64,000 nucleotides of DNA from Octopus vulgaris (taxonomy: Eukaryota). The stretch lies in assembly GCA_951406725.2 (NCBI GenBank), contig OX597827.1, forward strand, positions 20,646,001 to 20,710,000, written 5' to 3'. The position numbers and the translations under genes are program-made. Shown here one piece after another: positions 25,081 through 40,099 of this stretch (the stretch's first letter is position 1; each line of letters opens with the position of its first letter). The notes under the pieces are model-generated. The model worked only from the letters and a program-made list of their open reading frames with translations, was not told the DNA's origin and ran no database searches.

Positions 25081-28000
25081 TTCAAGTTGTCTTCCAATGT
25101 GTTCTTTGATCCTATCTATTAAGTATAGTATTTCACTTTGTTGTGAATTTACCGTTTATTTTAACTAGATCAGATTTTCTTTTGATCTCAATGAATATTT
25201 AAGTAGCTGAACAAATCAAATTGATTGTTAAGCATAATATCTTTCAATCTTTTTTGCTGATTATATTCTGAATATATAATTTTAGTCTGGAAACTGATAT
25301 TTAAACCCCAGAACGATTTTAATTTATGCAGTAATGAAATTCTTGGTCTACAAGAAAAGTTGTAAAGTTGTCATTTTTGAGTGTTTCTTGATGGCATAAA
25401 ATAGTGTAAGATAGCGCTTAATTACAATAGAATCAAGTATGTAATTCTAGTCAGAGAAAATTGGTCACGCAATGAGAAATGAAAACTAGACATTTCTATT
25501 AATAATACATGAAATTTAGAAACCACTTTCATATATAAATCTGTATAAACAGATGAAATATCTTTCTGGAATTTTTGGCCATTCTTATAAAATGGCACCT
25601 CTCAAGAATGGCCATTGTTTTTATCTCTTAATACTCAATGTATCTATGCATGCATATACACACATATATGTACACACAAACACACACACATATATATATA
25701 CACACACACAGATATATGAACAACTGCAACTACATACACACACACCACTCTCTCTCTCTCCCTTCTTCCTTTTGTACCTGTCCTCCTCATTAGCCCCGAA
25801 ATTTCCACCTCTTTTTCCTTTTAAAGCTTATACTCAAACTATTGATTCCATATCTATCTCTGATCTACAACCAATCACTTTCCCAACATATTCGAAGAAA
25901 TTAAGAATGAAATGCTTAGAGAGTCAATAAACACTTCCCAGACTTGATCCTGATCACCCCCACCCCCACCCCCACCCCCACCGACCCTCCCCCCACCCAC
26001 TTAGACATTTTTAAAGGTGTTCAGCTTCTCTTTTTTCACTCCCGTCTATATTATTGATATATAATTACCATAGCCTGTCTTTTGGCTGCCCTATGGCACC
26101 CATTATACTTATAAACCATTTACAGATAAACTATCAACACATACAACATTGATTCCCCAACCCAATCTGGCCTCCCCTCCCAGAAAAAAAAACGCCACAA
26201 GCTACACCACCATTCAATAATCGACACCTTATAACACACTTGATAACTGATCAGGAAATTTATTTGATACTGTTTTTTTTTTTTTTATTTTTGCATTTCA
26301 TTCAGTTTCTCATATTATAAATCTGTGATTACAATGTTTCTGAGGTGAGCTGCAGGCAATTGGCTTTCACTTCCTGGTTACAGCCGTTTCACTTCACTTA
26401 CTAATACCCTTTGGTTATGAAGAAAGGAAATCTTACTATTTCCCACTCCCCATTGACTCTATCTCAATCTATCTATCTATCTGTCTGTCTGTCTGTCTGT
26501 CTCTTTTCTTCTTTTTATTTATTTATTAGACTTCTTCCAAGAATGAAGCATCAAGTTTTTAACAAATAAACAAAGCTCAATCATTAAAATCTGATAAAAA
26601 CATTGAAAATTGTTACATTGAACTTTAGCTAAGTCTCAGATATTTTTACTGTTCCACTTAGAGATTGTATCAGTAAAGTGCATGTAAACTGGTCTTTTTC
26701 TTTGCTACAAGTTCTAACGTTACCACATTCTCGTATCTGCAAGGCAACTAACATCTATGATTATACATGATTTGTCTGATTTACCTAGATAACTATGTCA
26801 GGCCTGCTGTGTTTACTGTTGGTAACGTGAATGTTCCAGCAATATTTTTTTTGTTGATATGCATTGACGTATGTGTATATATGTAACCCACGATAGCTAA
26901 AATGAGGAGACAACTATTATCTAGGCCCTCTAGTGAAAGATATAGTAACTAGAATTGGCAAGGCTTGAACTGCACTAGGGGAAAATGGATACATTGTGGA
27001 AAAGGGACCTCACCTTGCAACCCCCCCCCAAAAAAAAATACCGAGCTTTCAAATCAGCCTTAAAAACACTATTTCTCTGTGGAGTGTCATATTGGACTCT
27101 CACTCTCACTAGAGAAGTAACAAACATGATGAAGAGCAAACCTCACAATAAACAACTAAATGGTAACATCTTCAAGGTTACTAAAATTCTAATTTAGTCT
27201 AAAGTTGGACACTCATGTTTAGCTCCCTTTTAGCCCTGATTCAAGAGACCTATGTTGAAAAGGTATTCTAGCTGGGACAGTCTTGTCTTACTTCCAGGTA
27301 TAGTTTATCTAGGAGTACATTAAGAAGGTAGGCTGTGGTGTGAGGAGGGAGATTGGGCTTCTGTTATTAGCGGATTGAGTGGCATAAAAGTAGAATAGTG
27401 GCCCCAGGTCAGCTCTAATTAAGTAACCGTAAGATCAAAGGCACTTCAACCATGACCATCCCATCTTCCTATGTACAAGGAACTTACGATTCAATGTGTA
27501 CCTTTTTAAGTTGTTAGGGTATGATACTAAGGAGATTTGTCTGCTATTTCTTGCAGGTTGAATGGTCATGTGGAGGCATCCATATTAGCTTCAGCTGAGT
27601 AGAGTGTGAGAGGTCAGTTTGGTTAGTTCAGTTGGGAAACAATTACCATATTTTGATGGTCAAATAAGGAAACCACTTATATGAGAGAGAGAGAGACTTG
27701 AGCTTGCTACACCTCTGCCCAGTGACATATATCCACTCATCTACACACACACACAGAGTGTTCAAAACAAGGTGGTTATAATTAAGTTAGCTTTTATAGA
27801 GATGAACTACTTTTAATATGGAAAGCTAGGACGACAACAACAACAACAACGGCAACTCTCCTATAAACGTGAAACCACGTGCTGAGGTGGGAGAGAAAAT
27901 AATCAATACGAAACCATTTTGTCTGCCTGTTTCTGTTAGTCTTTGATTCTCACTTGTTACCATTTCACTTCACTTTTAGTGTAAACATCCCTTGGGAAAG

Positions 28001-29336
28001 GCATGAACATCATACACTCTTGTTCATCTTCCACTGAAATTTATTATCTTAATGCTTATGTAATTAATATTGATTCACTCTGAGTGTGTGTGTGTGTGTG
28101 TGAGACAGAGAGAGGGAGGAGGAAAGATGGAGAGGAGAGAGGGTGAAAGACAGAAGAAGAAAAAGGAGAGGGAGTACGTATTCCTGTCATCACACAACAA
28201 AAGATGGTATTGATGAAGGAAAGAAGGAAAGAGAGGAAGAATAGAGATGTATGGTTTCATGTGTGTGTACATACATACACACACACACACACACATGCAT
28301 ATACACACACACACACTCTTTCACTCACCCACACATGAAGCCTCAGTGTATAAATATACACAGTGCTCTATTTACCCAGTGAGATTAAATGTGTGGAAAC
28401 ATGTAAATTTATTTACAAACTTTCCTGCAAACAAGCTATTCCATAGTGGTAATTAGTGTGTGTGTGTGTGTACATGCGTTTGTGCATGTGTGTGTGCGTG
28501 CATGTATGTGTGTATGTGCATTTGCATTTATGTGAGTGTGTGTGTGTGTGTGTGTGTGCACATATACAGAAGAATTAGGAAAGAGAAGGTACAAAAATGA
28601 GATGAAAAGAAAGGGATGATGGAATATGTTGAAAGATAGATGCATGTGTGTGTAATTGGAGAGAGAGAGAGAGAAAGAGAGAAAGTGAGAGAGAGAGAAG
28701 GAGAGTGAGAGAGAGAGAAGGAGAGTGAGAGAGAGAGAGAGAGATAATAAGACCTAAAAATGGGAGGAAATTGGCAGAATTTTTGAAAGAAATCTATCAT
28801 TAGTTCAGATGCATTGGTGGCCATTTGACCATTGATGTGTGTGTGTGTGTTGTGTAAGTGTGTGTGCCTGAAAAAGAACACACACATGCACATTTGAACT
28901 GCAGATAGATAACATGTATATATTGTAGCACGGCCAATACAATTGATTAGCTTTGTATAAAAAAAAAAACACTCCTATCTTTTTGCCTTTACAACTTTAC
29001 TCCTGTGCTGCTAATATTCAAATGCATTCCATTAATTTAAGTTTTACAAAGATGCAAATTTATTGCTCACAGCCTTTATATACAGCAACAGGCTTTAAAA
29101 ATTATCCAAGACATAAGTTTTTCTGAAATAACAATATATTTAATATTCTAGAATTGTCAGAAAATCCAGGATAACCCAATACGGTATTGATTCTCTGATC
29201 TTTTGCCCTTGGTCACTTTTGCTCTCTCCTGATGGAAGGATCACAGCACTGCCATTCAGGTGGATGCTCTACCTGTCATTGCTGTAAGCTGTAACCCTGG
29301 TGTCTTCATAGATCCGACAGATCCACTTATATAGAA

Positions 29337-29756
29337 GCCATCCGAGCGAAGAGCACCATCCGAGTGAAAAGCACCACCCAAGCGTGAAAGAGCACCATCC
29401 AAGCGTGATCATTGCCAGAGCGGCTAACTGGCTCCCGTGCCAGTGACATGTAAAAGGCACCATTTGAGCATGATCGTTACCAGCGTTGCCTTACTTGCAC
29501 CTGTGCCGGTGGCAAGTGTAAAAAGATTCAAGTGAGGTCGTTGCTAGTACCACCTGACTGGCCCCCATGTGGCACGTAAAAGCACCCACTACACTCTCGG
29601 AGTGGTTGGCGTTAGGAAGAGCATCCAACTGTAGAAACTCTGCTAGATCAAGATTGGAGCCTGGTGTAGCCATCTGGTTTGCCAGCTCTCAGTCAAATCG
29701 TCCAAACCATGCTAGCATGGAAAACGGACGTTAAACGATGATGATGATGATGATGT
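29337..29756 (+). mobile_element. SINE-like family A
   Basis: Same body and tail, with short GAGCACCATCCGAG repeats at the 5' end. Confidence 0.85.
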
Positions 29757-30351
29757 AGCCAAAGGATAGGGAAGTCTTGGTAGAACATAAGCATCACATA
29801 GTTCTTAGCTGGTTTTGGTTTGCCATCATGGCCAGACCATTTCACCTCATTGTTGCATATGGCATAAATATAAATGGTGTAGATTGCCAGGTCTTGTCAC
29901 CCAGCATGTAAAAGATCACACAAGACGGTCTTCAAACTAGAACATGCTGGAGTTTGGAACTGAGAGGAGTATAGTATTAAATGGATTAGAAAACAAGATG
30001 GACCTCATCAACAACTGCAGCACTTAGAAGACAAACAAATGGTATTTGGAACAGGTAGGATATCTGTCAGTAATTCAATTCTAACCTGTACAACACTCTT
30101 ATTTTCCAAATTACAGCTAACATTTCAGAAGCATGGACCTTCAAATTTGAGGCTACATTCCAGCTAAGTTTTGAAATGCAGTGCCTAGGGGCTAAACAAG
30201 GAATAACAATATGAGACAGGTGGAGGAATAGTACCATAAGAAAAGATCTTCAAATGATGCATATATAAACACACACACACACACACAGAGCTACAAACAC
30301 ACAAACACCTCCCCACTTTACACTAAAGGACCATAAGCTGGATTTCTTTAA

Positions 30352-30572
30352 CCCTTTCGTTACTGTATATATTTTGAGATGCTCTGTGTTTCTTCCAATT
30401 ATTTTAAATATAAGAAAGAATTTAGTAAAATAACATCGTTATCATTGAGCTAGTGTTAGGAACATAAATTGTGACTAAAATTTGGTGGAAATTTTGAATT
30501 CAAAACTTATGAAAACAAGACATTTATACTAAAGAGCCAGAGCTGGTTTCAGCCGGGTTGGTAACAAAAGGG
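30352..30572. mobile_element. piggyBac-type MITE (221 bp)
   Basis: TTAA-CCCTTTCGTTAC ... GTAACAAAAGGG-TTAA: TTAA TSD and CCC/GGG TIRs. Confidence 0.85.
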
Positions 30573-31639
30573 TTAATAAACCTCTCATCAGACTTATTTC
30601 CCCCACGAAATCTGATGATGTTTTGGTAAATGTATTCTTGATAGGAGTATCCCTATCATAAAAGCTGAGCACAAGAGATGTGATCACTTGGTTCCACATT
30701 TTCCTAACCAAAGCTAAAACTTCTTCTCTCTGGGTTGATATCTCTAAACTCTTATTCCTGTCTTTCTCCCCATTCTTGTAAACAAAACCTGAAAGATTTG
30801 CTAAGAACCTCTCACCTTTATCTCACTCAGACATTGATGTTATTTCGATATGGCACAAAACTCCCTTTTAGCATTTAACAATAAATGATAGTCCTGAACG
30901 GCCACTAATGACTAGCTTCAGAACGACCAGTAACTTGGTAGGTGGAAACTGTGTCGAAGCCTATGGGTTTGTTTATTTATCTGTGTAAAACTAGTTTTCT
31001 GTCAAAAAAGTATAACTTATTAATTTGATAATTATACATGAATAATGAGGTGAACATGACTGAGTAAAAACTCTTGAATGCAGTGCTCCAGCATGGCCAA
31101 AGTTCAATAACCGAAACCAGTAAAAGAATAAAAGAATGTGTGTCTGTGTTATTGTATCTAATGATAAACTAAGTGAATCTAGGTTGGTTTTGAAAAGTAT
31201 GCGATGGAGGAGGAGGAGGAAGAGCAAAGTGGAAACATCCTAGAACAAAGCGGAAAAGAATGGTAAGGGTGGAGTAGGAGGAAAGATGGTGGAGGAAGTT
31301 GTGATAGAAACTGGCAAAGTAATTCTTCTTTATTGATGATGATGGTGCTGCTGCTGCTGCTGATCCACCTACTTTCTTTGAACAATAATATTGATGCACC
31401 ACCATCACCACCACCACCACCACCATCACCACCACCACCACCACCACCACCACAAAAATTGTCATCACCATCACTGCCACCACTATTATTTTCAGCCTCA
31501 CTACAAGCTACACTAACAGTGCCAATGAAGGAACCTCTACATGGTCATGCTGTATGCTAGAAATAACAACCAGATCTCTTTCATATCACACATTGCTGGT
31601 TTAAGTGAAAAGATATGTCAGAACATGCATGTGGTACAC

Positions 31640-31700
<61 letters not shown>

Positions 31701-32134
31701 AAACATGGTGATCATATTTTAATGTCTTTGATTGTAGATCCACTTCAACAGGGTTGGCCTTGGGTTAAGCAGTTGTCAGTTATGGATGGTTGCTATTATA
31801 ACATTGGGGCTGAAGTGTTCTTGGGATAAAACCATTCCCGTGACCCAGTTTCAATTTCCATTGAAACTGTTTCGCTTTTCTGTTTTTTGCTGCTACAAAT
31901 ATGGTGTCGGCTCCTCTAAATTACCATTTCTTATCTGACTTCCATTAAAGCTTCGTCAAGTCACCAACCAATCTTATTCTTATTCCTTAAACTGAGTCAA
32001 TCAGGAAACCTTGAAATAGTTGCTAAACCTGCTAGAAAGAGCAGTCAATTTCTTCAAATCCTACCCTGCCATTTTACAAAGTCACCAATCTCTTCCCCAC
32101 TACTCCCTTCTCCCACATGAGGAGGGTCTTTGCC

Positions 32135-32355
32135 TTGCAAGTTACTTGGTGACCCTGTTAGCGTTGGTGCCACATAAAAAGCATCCATTACACTATGTAA
32201 AGTGGTTGGTGTAAGGAAGGGCATCCAGCTGTAGAAATCCTGCTAAAACAGACAATGGGACCTGGTGTGGCTCCCTGCCTTACCAGCTTCCTGTCAAACC
32301 GTCCAACCCATACCAGCATGAAAAACAAACGTTAAGTGATAATGCTGATGATGAT
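32135..32355 (+). mobile_element. SINE-like family A, older copy
   Basis: Diverged AGTGGTTGGTGTAAGGAAGGGCATCCAGCTGTAGAAA body. Confidence 0.75.
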
Positions 32356-33551
32356 AATTTCCTCACTCCCTCTCCCTGCCAAAAAAGGGTAGGGGGTCCT
32401 ACCCAAAATGTTAAACTCATCTTCCTTTACAACAGAATAGGAAAAATCTCAAGAGTTTCCACATATTCTACCCTTTCCCTTTCAAGATGAAGAATGTCTT
32501 GTAATTTCTCCATTTTTGTTGGCAGAGGACTTGTCCTTCGCACTTTCGACACACCTTTAGTTTATTGTAGTCACATATTTATGAAAATTTTTAGATTTTT
32601 ATCAAGTATTTCAGAAGTAAAAATACAATGTTTTTGTGACCCTTTTAGAAGTTGAGAATTGCTGATGTAGAGGGCTCCCTCATTGACTGATCCAGATGGT
32701 TCCCTCACAGGTTGGTACAAACAGCTCCCTCATTGGGTAACAAAGAGGCTTCTCTCATTGGCTGATAAGGATATCCCTGTTAACAAATCTAAAATTCTTT
32801 CCTATTATAATTCTATTTTCATCTTAGAATGTCTTCGTTTCAAATTTTGGCACAAGGCCAGTAATTTGGGGGGAGTGGGGTAAGTCGATTACGTCAACCC
32901 CAGAGCATAACTGGTCCTTATTTTATTGACCCTGAAAGGATGAAATACCACTAAGCATTTTGCCTTGCGTGGTAACAATTCAGCCATCTTGCTGTCTTAT
33001 TGTGTAGAAATATTAAATTGACCCCACGACTTTACTGTGCTTTATTTCCGTTAGAGTTTGATCTCAGAATGTAAACAGCCATAACTAAATAGCACAACCA
33101 TTTTGTCCTTGGTTCTAATGATTCAGCCAATCTTACTAATTTTACTATTGACCAATTTTGAACTTGCAAACACTCTACTGGTTGTTTGCTCCCTTACTGA
33201 CAAAGCCATCTTGTTTATTGAATGATATAGCCCCGAGATCAGCCTAGCTCTAGAATCAGGCCTATGGTCAAACTCAGGCAAAGATTGATGATCAAAGACT
33301 GTGTCCTTCTCTTTAAAAGATGGTAAGGTATGATTTAACTACTATTTCTACAAATACTGTAGTCCCGTAAAACTCCTTTGCTGGCTTGTTGTTTAACCGA
33401 AAGTGAACCCTAATTGAACAGATGATGACTTACAAAGAGATTCCAGTTTTGTTCATCCTGTTTTACTTACAGTGAGTATTTACAGTTACAACAATAACCA
33501 CCACCACCACAACAACAACAACAATCATCATTGTCAATATTATTTTAGATC

Positions 33552-33858
33552 TTACTAGCACTTGTGCTGGTGGCACGTGAAACATTCGAGCGAGGTCGTC
33601 GCCAGTGCCGCTGGACTTGCTCCTGTGCAGGTGGCACATAAAAAGCACCATTTGGGCCTGGCCATTGCCAGTACCACCAAACTGGCCCTCATGCCAGTGG
33701 CACTTAAAAGCACCCACTACACTCTCAGTGGTTGGCGTTAGGAAGGGCATCCAGCTGTAGAAACTCTGCCAGATCAGATTGGAGTCTGGTTCGCCAGACC
33801 TCAGTCAAATCCTCCAACCCACGCTAGCATGGAAAGCGGACGTTAAATGATGATGATG
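33552..33858 (+). mobile_element. SINE-like family A
   Basis: Same body and tail. Confidence 0.85.
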
Positions 33859-34189
33859 GTGAATCCACTTCGCTATGTTAGTGTGGCATCTGGCAGAATT
33901 TGTTGAGGCAGATTTTCTATGGCCAGAAACCCTTTCAGTTGCTAACTTGCACCTTTTTCCAAGAAAAGGTAAGTAAGAATTTGGTAAAGTGTAACCAATT
34001 TAAAATATGAGTGGGGTACAAGTAATGTAGTAAGGGTGACAGGCTAGCAGAGAAGGATTTTGTGTGCTGCAGACACACAAGAGGTAAAGCTGCCATTAAA
34101 TAACTTCCTTGAAATAGCTGAAAGACTCTCAATAAGTAATTGATTAGAGTTGAGTTAATTGAGTTTCAAGAATGTAAGCAATTAGAGAT

Positions 34190-34600
34190 GGAGTCATTAG
34201 CACGGATGTACTTTATGAGGCTTGAGTACAAAAGGAGCTGGTACTTGGAAGTGAACGATAAGCTTTGAAACTGAGAGGTGTACACAAATTGGAAAGACAT
34301 CAGGTGAATCTGATCTGTTTGATGTTTAATGTTTGTGTAAATGAATAATGGAGCAGAGATGAGCTGAGAGAAAAATTGGAAATAAGAGAAAATTCTTGTA
34401 ATATTGTGAGAGAGAGAGAGAGGGCTGCCCTGTAGAAAGATATGACATGTATGGAGGATAAGGGTTTTGGTGAAGAAATGTCAAGTAAAAGGAAAGTGCA
34501 GAAGGAGAAAAGTGAAGAAGTGGAAAGAAGCGGAGAAGGTGAGACTAGAGACCGGAATAAATTTTGAGTCATCGGATTGGAGAAGGGCTGTCCAGTTCAG
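34190..34600 (+). mobile_element. Very old RTE LINE 3' fragment
   Basis: SRDELREKLEIR and neighbouring residues are a degenerate match to the RTE C-terminal piece at 55410-55715. Confidence 0.4.
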
Positions 34601-35831
34601 ACAAGTATGGAAATACAGCAGATGTAAAACAACCATCACCAGCACCAGTACTACCTCCACCACCACCACTGCCACCACCACAACCATCACTGTAAATGTT
34701 CTTTCTTTATATCTATTGCTACCACCATCACAATTATTATTCATACTACTACCATTGTCACCACTACTGCCACTACTACTAATAGTCTCACAATTTCCAC
34801 TGTTATTATTTACTCTTATTCCCCCCACCATTTCTAGTATCACTCTCACTAATATTATTGCTACCACTCCCACAATGTTGTCTAGTAATATCTACATCTC
34901 CCTCCCACACCACCACCACCACCACCACCACCACTGGTGGGTGCACAACACAAGCAGCAACAACTGTACAAAGAATTGGTTCTCCACATGCAAGTGAACA
35001 TGCAACAATGCACACACTGCAGCAGTTATGGGGAGAGAGAGAGAGAGAGATGGAGATAAAAACAGACAGAGAGAAAGCCACCACCCCCTTCTTGCCATAC
35101 CTTCACCCCCTCCCCCTCACCACTATTACTGGTATGATGTCTTCCAACAGCACCCTGTGAAGCTACCACTTCCAAGTCCCTCATATCAGAAATGACCAAC
35201 ACCACCACCAACCAGGTGGCCCCTGTGTAGTCACTTGATCTTCCTGGAAATAGCAATCAAATCTTCAAATATCTCATCAATTAAAAATACGACACGAAAT
35301 GATGCAGTCGTAGACATCCTCTCAAGACGTTGGGAAAGTCACATGTGGAACGTCTTTGATCATAAATAACTCTGCTGAATGACGGGGGTTTGATGATAAC
35401 ATGCTGAACTACTAAAACTGCCACACTGCCATCTACTACCATCACCACACTGCAACACTACCAATACATCAGCCGATTCCTGTGACCACAAGACAACATC
35501 TAACGATACCACCACCGCCACCAACACCACTACTACACCCCCACCCCCACTGCTGTCTCCTCACTACTGCCGCTACCAAGATAAAACTGAAGAAAAACTG
35601 TAAACTGTTGCATGGAGATCAATAAATCAAAGCTATCTATCAGTATCAGTGCACTAGATATTGAAACTACTGCATGTGCAGCTGGTGCACAATAAAGTGC
35701 AACAGAAACGTTATCAGCCATTGCCTTGTGTTGTTATCAAACAGCAGTGAAATATGTCTTCCTAAGGGACATCAGTGTTTCCTTATATGGACACCGTGAG
35801 ACACTATAGTCAATGTGACAGTTCTATAACC

Positions 35832-36130
35832 TGCAGCATATAGGGGGCATATATATGAAAATTAGACTTGTTGGAACTCAAGAATTAAATTCGGAATTAA
35901 AAAGGTTAAACAGTTTAGGGGTGAAAGAAACCAACAAAGTATAAGTTGTTTTAGTGTTTTAAATTTGTTTCTGCATAGTTTTAATTGTCAGTTTGTTAGT
36001 TTTTTGTCTGTGAGGCAGACAGAGAAATGGCACTGGAGTTTGATAGAGATTGAACTCTTGAGCAGGTCACCCATTATCAACCAAAAAATTATTGGTTGAG
36101 TGCAACAAACTTCTGTTTCAGGTTTACACA
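35832..36130 (+). repeat. ~299-bp direct repeat, copy 1
   Basis: Near-identical to 37047-37344. Confidence 0.92.
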
Positions 36131-37046
36131 GGTTTGTTTTGTGATAAGGTTGTTTTAGGTTCAATTCCATTGCATGGCACCTCAAATATATTGTTACTGT
36201 AGCCCAAAGTCAAGCAAAATCCTGTGAGTGGAAATTTAGTAAATCGAAATCTATGAGGAACTTTGTTGCAGAGACTTGGCTGTTATTGGCTGGTAGAGCC
36301 AGACTGTGGCCTGGACTAACCTCAACATCTTAATGGTGGTTTCCTTTAGCCAATCCCACTCAGTGGAGGTAATTGTTCTTCCCACCAGTCCCTTCTTGGT
36401 AACAGCAGGGGTTATTGTCCTTCTTCATGTAGATCAAGTCAATGTCTCTGCTACAGGAGCTATCCCATTGAGATGGACAGTGAGAAACTATAGTGGACAT
36501 TGTCCAGCAATATCAAAGTCACTGGCCAGTTGCAACATGGTGGTAGTAACAGCTGTAATATATTTGTGTCACTGTGTAACATAATGAATAGGAAACTGCA
36601 GTCTATGTGGCTGTCAATGGGTAACATGATTTAGTTCATCTTGCAGCTCTAAGGAAACAAAATAAATCGACAGTGTTTTTAGGGGGTTGGGTTTATTCTT
36701 CCTTCCCATCTATTTTGGGGTTCCCTATAAAAAGGTCAAAAGGTCAAGGATACTGCTTTGCTTCTGTGAACTGACTCACAAATATAAAATAAAAACAAGA
36801 GACAGTTCTCTATTAAACCTCCTTCACTCAGGAATTTCATCAGAGTGATGGGCAGAAGACTGAGATTAAGAAGTTTAAACCAGAAAAAAATTAGAGAAAA
36901 GTCAAAAATCAGAAAGAAGAAGATCCTTTAAAGAAAGAAAAAAAAAGACTGTCATTTTTAAAGACACAGTTTTGCTAATAAAACAATTAGTTTGTCATTT
37001 TTAATTACACAGCTTAATTAGCTATTTTGAATATTTTCTGGTCATT

Positions 37047-37344
37047 TGCAGCATATAGGGGGCATATATATTAAAATTAGACTTGTTGGAACTCAAGAAT
37101 TAAATTCAGAATTAAAAAGGTTAAACAGTTTAGGGGTGAAAGAAACCAACAAAGTATAAGTTGTTTTAGTGTTTTAAATTTGTTTCTGCATAGTTTTAAT
37201 TGTCAGTTTGTTAGTTTTTTTGTCTGTGATGCAGACAGAGAAATGGCACTGGAGTTTGATAGAGATTGAACTCTTGAGCAGGTCACCCATTATCAACCAC
37301 GGAATTATTGGTTGAGTGCAACAAACTTGTTTCAGGTTTACACA
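37047..37344 (+). repeat. ~298-bp direct repeat, copy 2
   Basis: Near-identical to 35832-36130. Confidence 0.92.
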
Positions 37345-38704
37345 AATGCTTCTCTTTCTTATATTTCTTAAAGTATTTTGTATGTTAAAACTTATTTCAT
37401 ACTTCACTTATCACAAGATAAGTTGTAATCATGGGATTAGAAGATTTAAAGGGTTCTAGAGAATTATAGACTTGGTGAAGTACTGGACAAATGTCTTCCA
37501 ATATTTGGTTAAGGCTTTTTTCAATCTGTGTTCCAATCCTGCAAAGCCCTACATTGCTTTTTATTCTTCTGGAGTTGATAGAAATAAAGTACCAGTAAAG
37601 TAACCGGGTAGATTTTTATTTAGCAGCTGCACAATAAAAGATTATAAAGATTAACTGGGATTAGAAATGTGATTGGTTGATGAACTTTGGCCAGTCAGCT
37701 GAGTGATTCTTCGATAACGATGATGGAGCAATAATGAGCTGGTTTTCAATATTTGATTGGTTAGAACCCTTGATGCCAAGGATCAGATGTAGCTGATCTG
37801 ACTAAGGGTAGGTTATGCAACAACAACAACATTACCAACATTAATAATCAACAACAACAACAACAATAGCTACAAAAGAAGTGGTAATAAAAATGGAAAT
37901 TGAAAATTGTGGAAGAGGAAATGGGATTCAATGTGTTGATGAGAGAAGAATGGGGTGTGAGGTGGGGGTGGGGATATTTAGAGTGTGGGGGGAGGGAATA
38001 AGGAGCATGTGGGGTGTCAGAATAAGAGAATGGTGGGCAAGAATAAATAAAAGAAATAATTAATAAAGTGGATGGCCGAGAGAGAGAGAGAGAGAGAGGT
38101 TGTAAGGAAATGAAACATTGCTAAACATAGAGATGTGTAAACACACAGAGAAGCAAACATATGTAGAAAAAGCAAACGAAGCGCACACAATGGGGCCCCT
38201 CATGGATTGGGTCCTTCTATAGAAGTTATAAATAATAAACATATTCAATGCTTGCACTTGATGAATTTTTTTTTCTATTGTTGTTGTTGTTGTTGCTATT
38301 GTCACTGAATCGACATCAATGCTGCTATAATTATTTTCAATGATGTGCCATAGAATTTCTGGCAACTCTCTTACTGGTTTCAGCCAGTGGACAGTGGCCA
38401 TGCTGGACTAAGGCTCAAACTGCAATAGGATTTTGATTTCAAGTTGCGGTGAAAATGGTTGAAAAATTACTAGTTTTGATAATTTCTGCTCTGGGTTTAA
38501 ATCTCACAGTTTCCATTGTAATTAGTGGTCAAATTAAATTTATGTTCTGATGCTAATGCAAGGAATTATCACAACCACCAGCACTTCCATCATCATCACC
38601 ATTATCATCCTTGCCAAAATTAAATGGCAGTGAAACACAGGGGTCAGTGTAATCACTCCCACCAAATTTCATGTGCCTTTAGTAGAAAGGATTGTTGTTG
38701 TTGT

Positions 38705-38897
38705 TGTTAGCATACTGAGCAAAATGCTTAGTGGCGTTTTGTCTGCTTTTACGTTCTGTGTTCAAATGCTGCCGTGGTTGACTTTGCCTTTCATCCTATT
38801 GGGGATTGGTGAAATAAGTACCAGTTGAATACTGGGGTTGATCTAATTGACTCATTCCCTCTCCCCTGAAATTGCTGGCCTTCTGCCAAAATTTCAA
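38705..38897 (+). mobile_element. SINE family C, 5'-truncated
   Basis: Same core sequence. Confidence 0.75.
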
Positions 38898-38922
38898 ATC
38901 ATCATCATCATTATTATTATGT

Positions 38923-39243
38923 GAAGGCGCATGACTCAGTGGTTAGAGCATCGAGCTTACAATCATGAGGTTGTAAGTTCAATTCCCAGATCGGGCTGTG
39001 TTATGTTCTTGAGCAAGACACTTTATTTCATGTTGCTCCAGTTCATTCAGCTGTAGAAATGAGTTGCAATGTCACTGGGGCCAAGCTGTATCGGCCCCTT
39101 TGCCTTTCCCTTGGATAACCTCAGTGGTGGGGAAGAGGGGAGGCAACTGCTGGTCTTCCATAAAACAACCTTGGCTGGCCTCAGAGGATAACTTTCTAGG
39201 TGCAATCCCATGGGCATTCATGACTGAAGGGGGTCACCACCCT
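38923..39243 (+). mobile_element. tRNA-derived SINE family D
   Basis: A-box TGACTCAGTGG, B-box GTTCAATTCCC, then TTGAGCAAGACACTT..GTTGCTCCAGT.CA.TCAGCT core. Confidence 0.75.
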
Positions 39244-39519
39244 CTATCATTATTATTATTATTATTTGACATTTGATAGCTTCAGGCAAACTTCTACTGC
39301 ATCACCTGTTACACCTCTATATTGCTGAGGTGTATGCATGTGTTGTTGTTGGTGGGGGGGGGGGACAAGAGAGTACAGACACCAAGGGGTTAGGCTGCAG
39401 TCTTTTATTAGATAAGTGTTTGTATTGTATGTCGTGTGTGCAATGCAAACTGTGTTCTTCAGTTGAGAACATGTTCTAGTGGCTGTTTATTTTATTGGAT
39501 ATTTATTGTATACAGTGTG

Positions 39520-39680
39520 GTGCAGGTATAGCTGTGTGGTAAGAAGCTTACTTCCCAACCACATAGTTCTGAGTTCAGTCCCACTGTGTGGCACCTTGGG
39601 TAAGTATCTTCTATTATAGCCTTGGGCTGACCAAAGCCTTATGACTGGATTTGGTAGATGGAAACTGAAAGAAGATTATC

Positions 39681-39683
<3 letters not shown>
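39520..39683 (+). mobile_element. SINE family B 5' half
   Basis: tRNA-like head homologous to 53288-53450. Confidence 0.8.
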
Positions 39684-39736
<53 letters not shown>

Positions 39737-40099
39737 ATATAAGGATAAGATCCAGTGATCCAAGAAAGAAGTTTGTAAGCTTCAAGCAGTCCATAGTAAG
39801 AATAGAAAACAAAAAGTGGACAGCGTACAATCACGAATAATAATAGTTTATTGGCATCGAGGGTAACACACACTTCTTTCCCATATCAAATGTACAAGGA
39901 AATTCAATAAGCTGCAAATTACTGTTTAGCTCACACTTAGCAACTAGAGTTGCTATGAATGCAAATAAAATCTAAATTGAGGGTGTGAAATGGGTAAAAT
40001 GCAGGCTACATATGTATTTTAGCTAGCAGATCCTCAACAAGGGTACTCAGCTAAGCTATTCATCAGGCCAAGGATATCTTAATTACAGATATTTAACAA

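Noticed and set aside
34467-35260. Thr/His/Val-rich ORFs of 90-176 aa
   Set aside because: Degenerate (CAC)/(TAC) trinucleotide repeats next to an RTE relic.
38923-38995. tRNA-like sequence with A and B boxes
   Set aside because: No proper acceptor stem; it continues into a SINE body.
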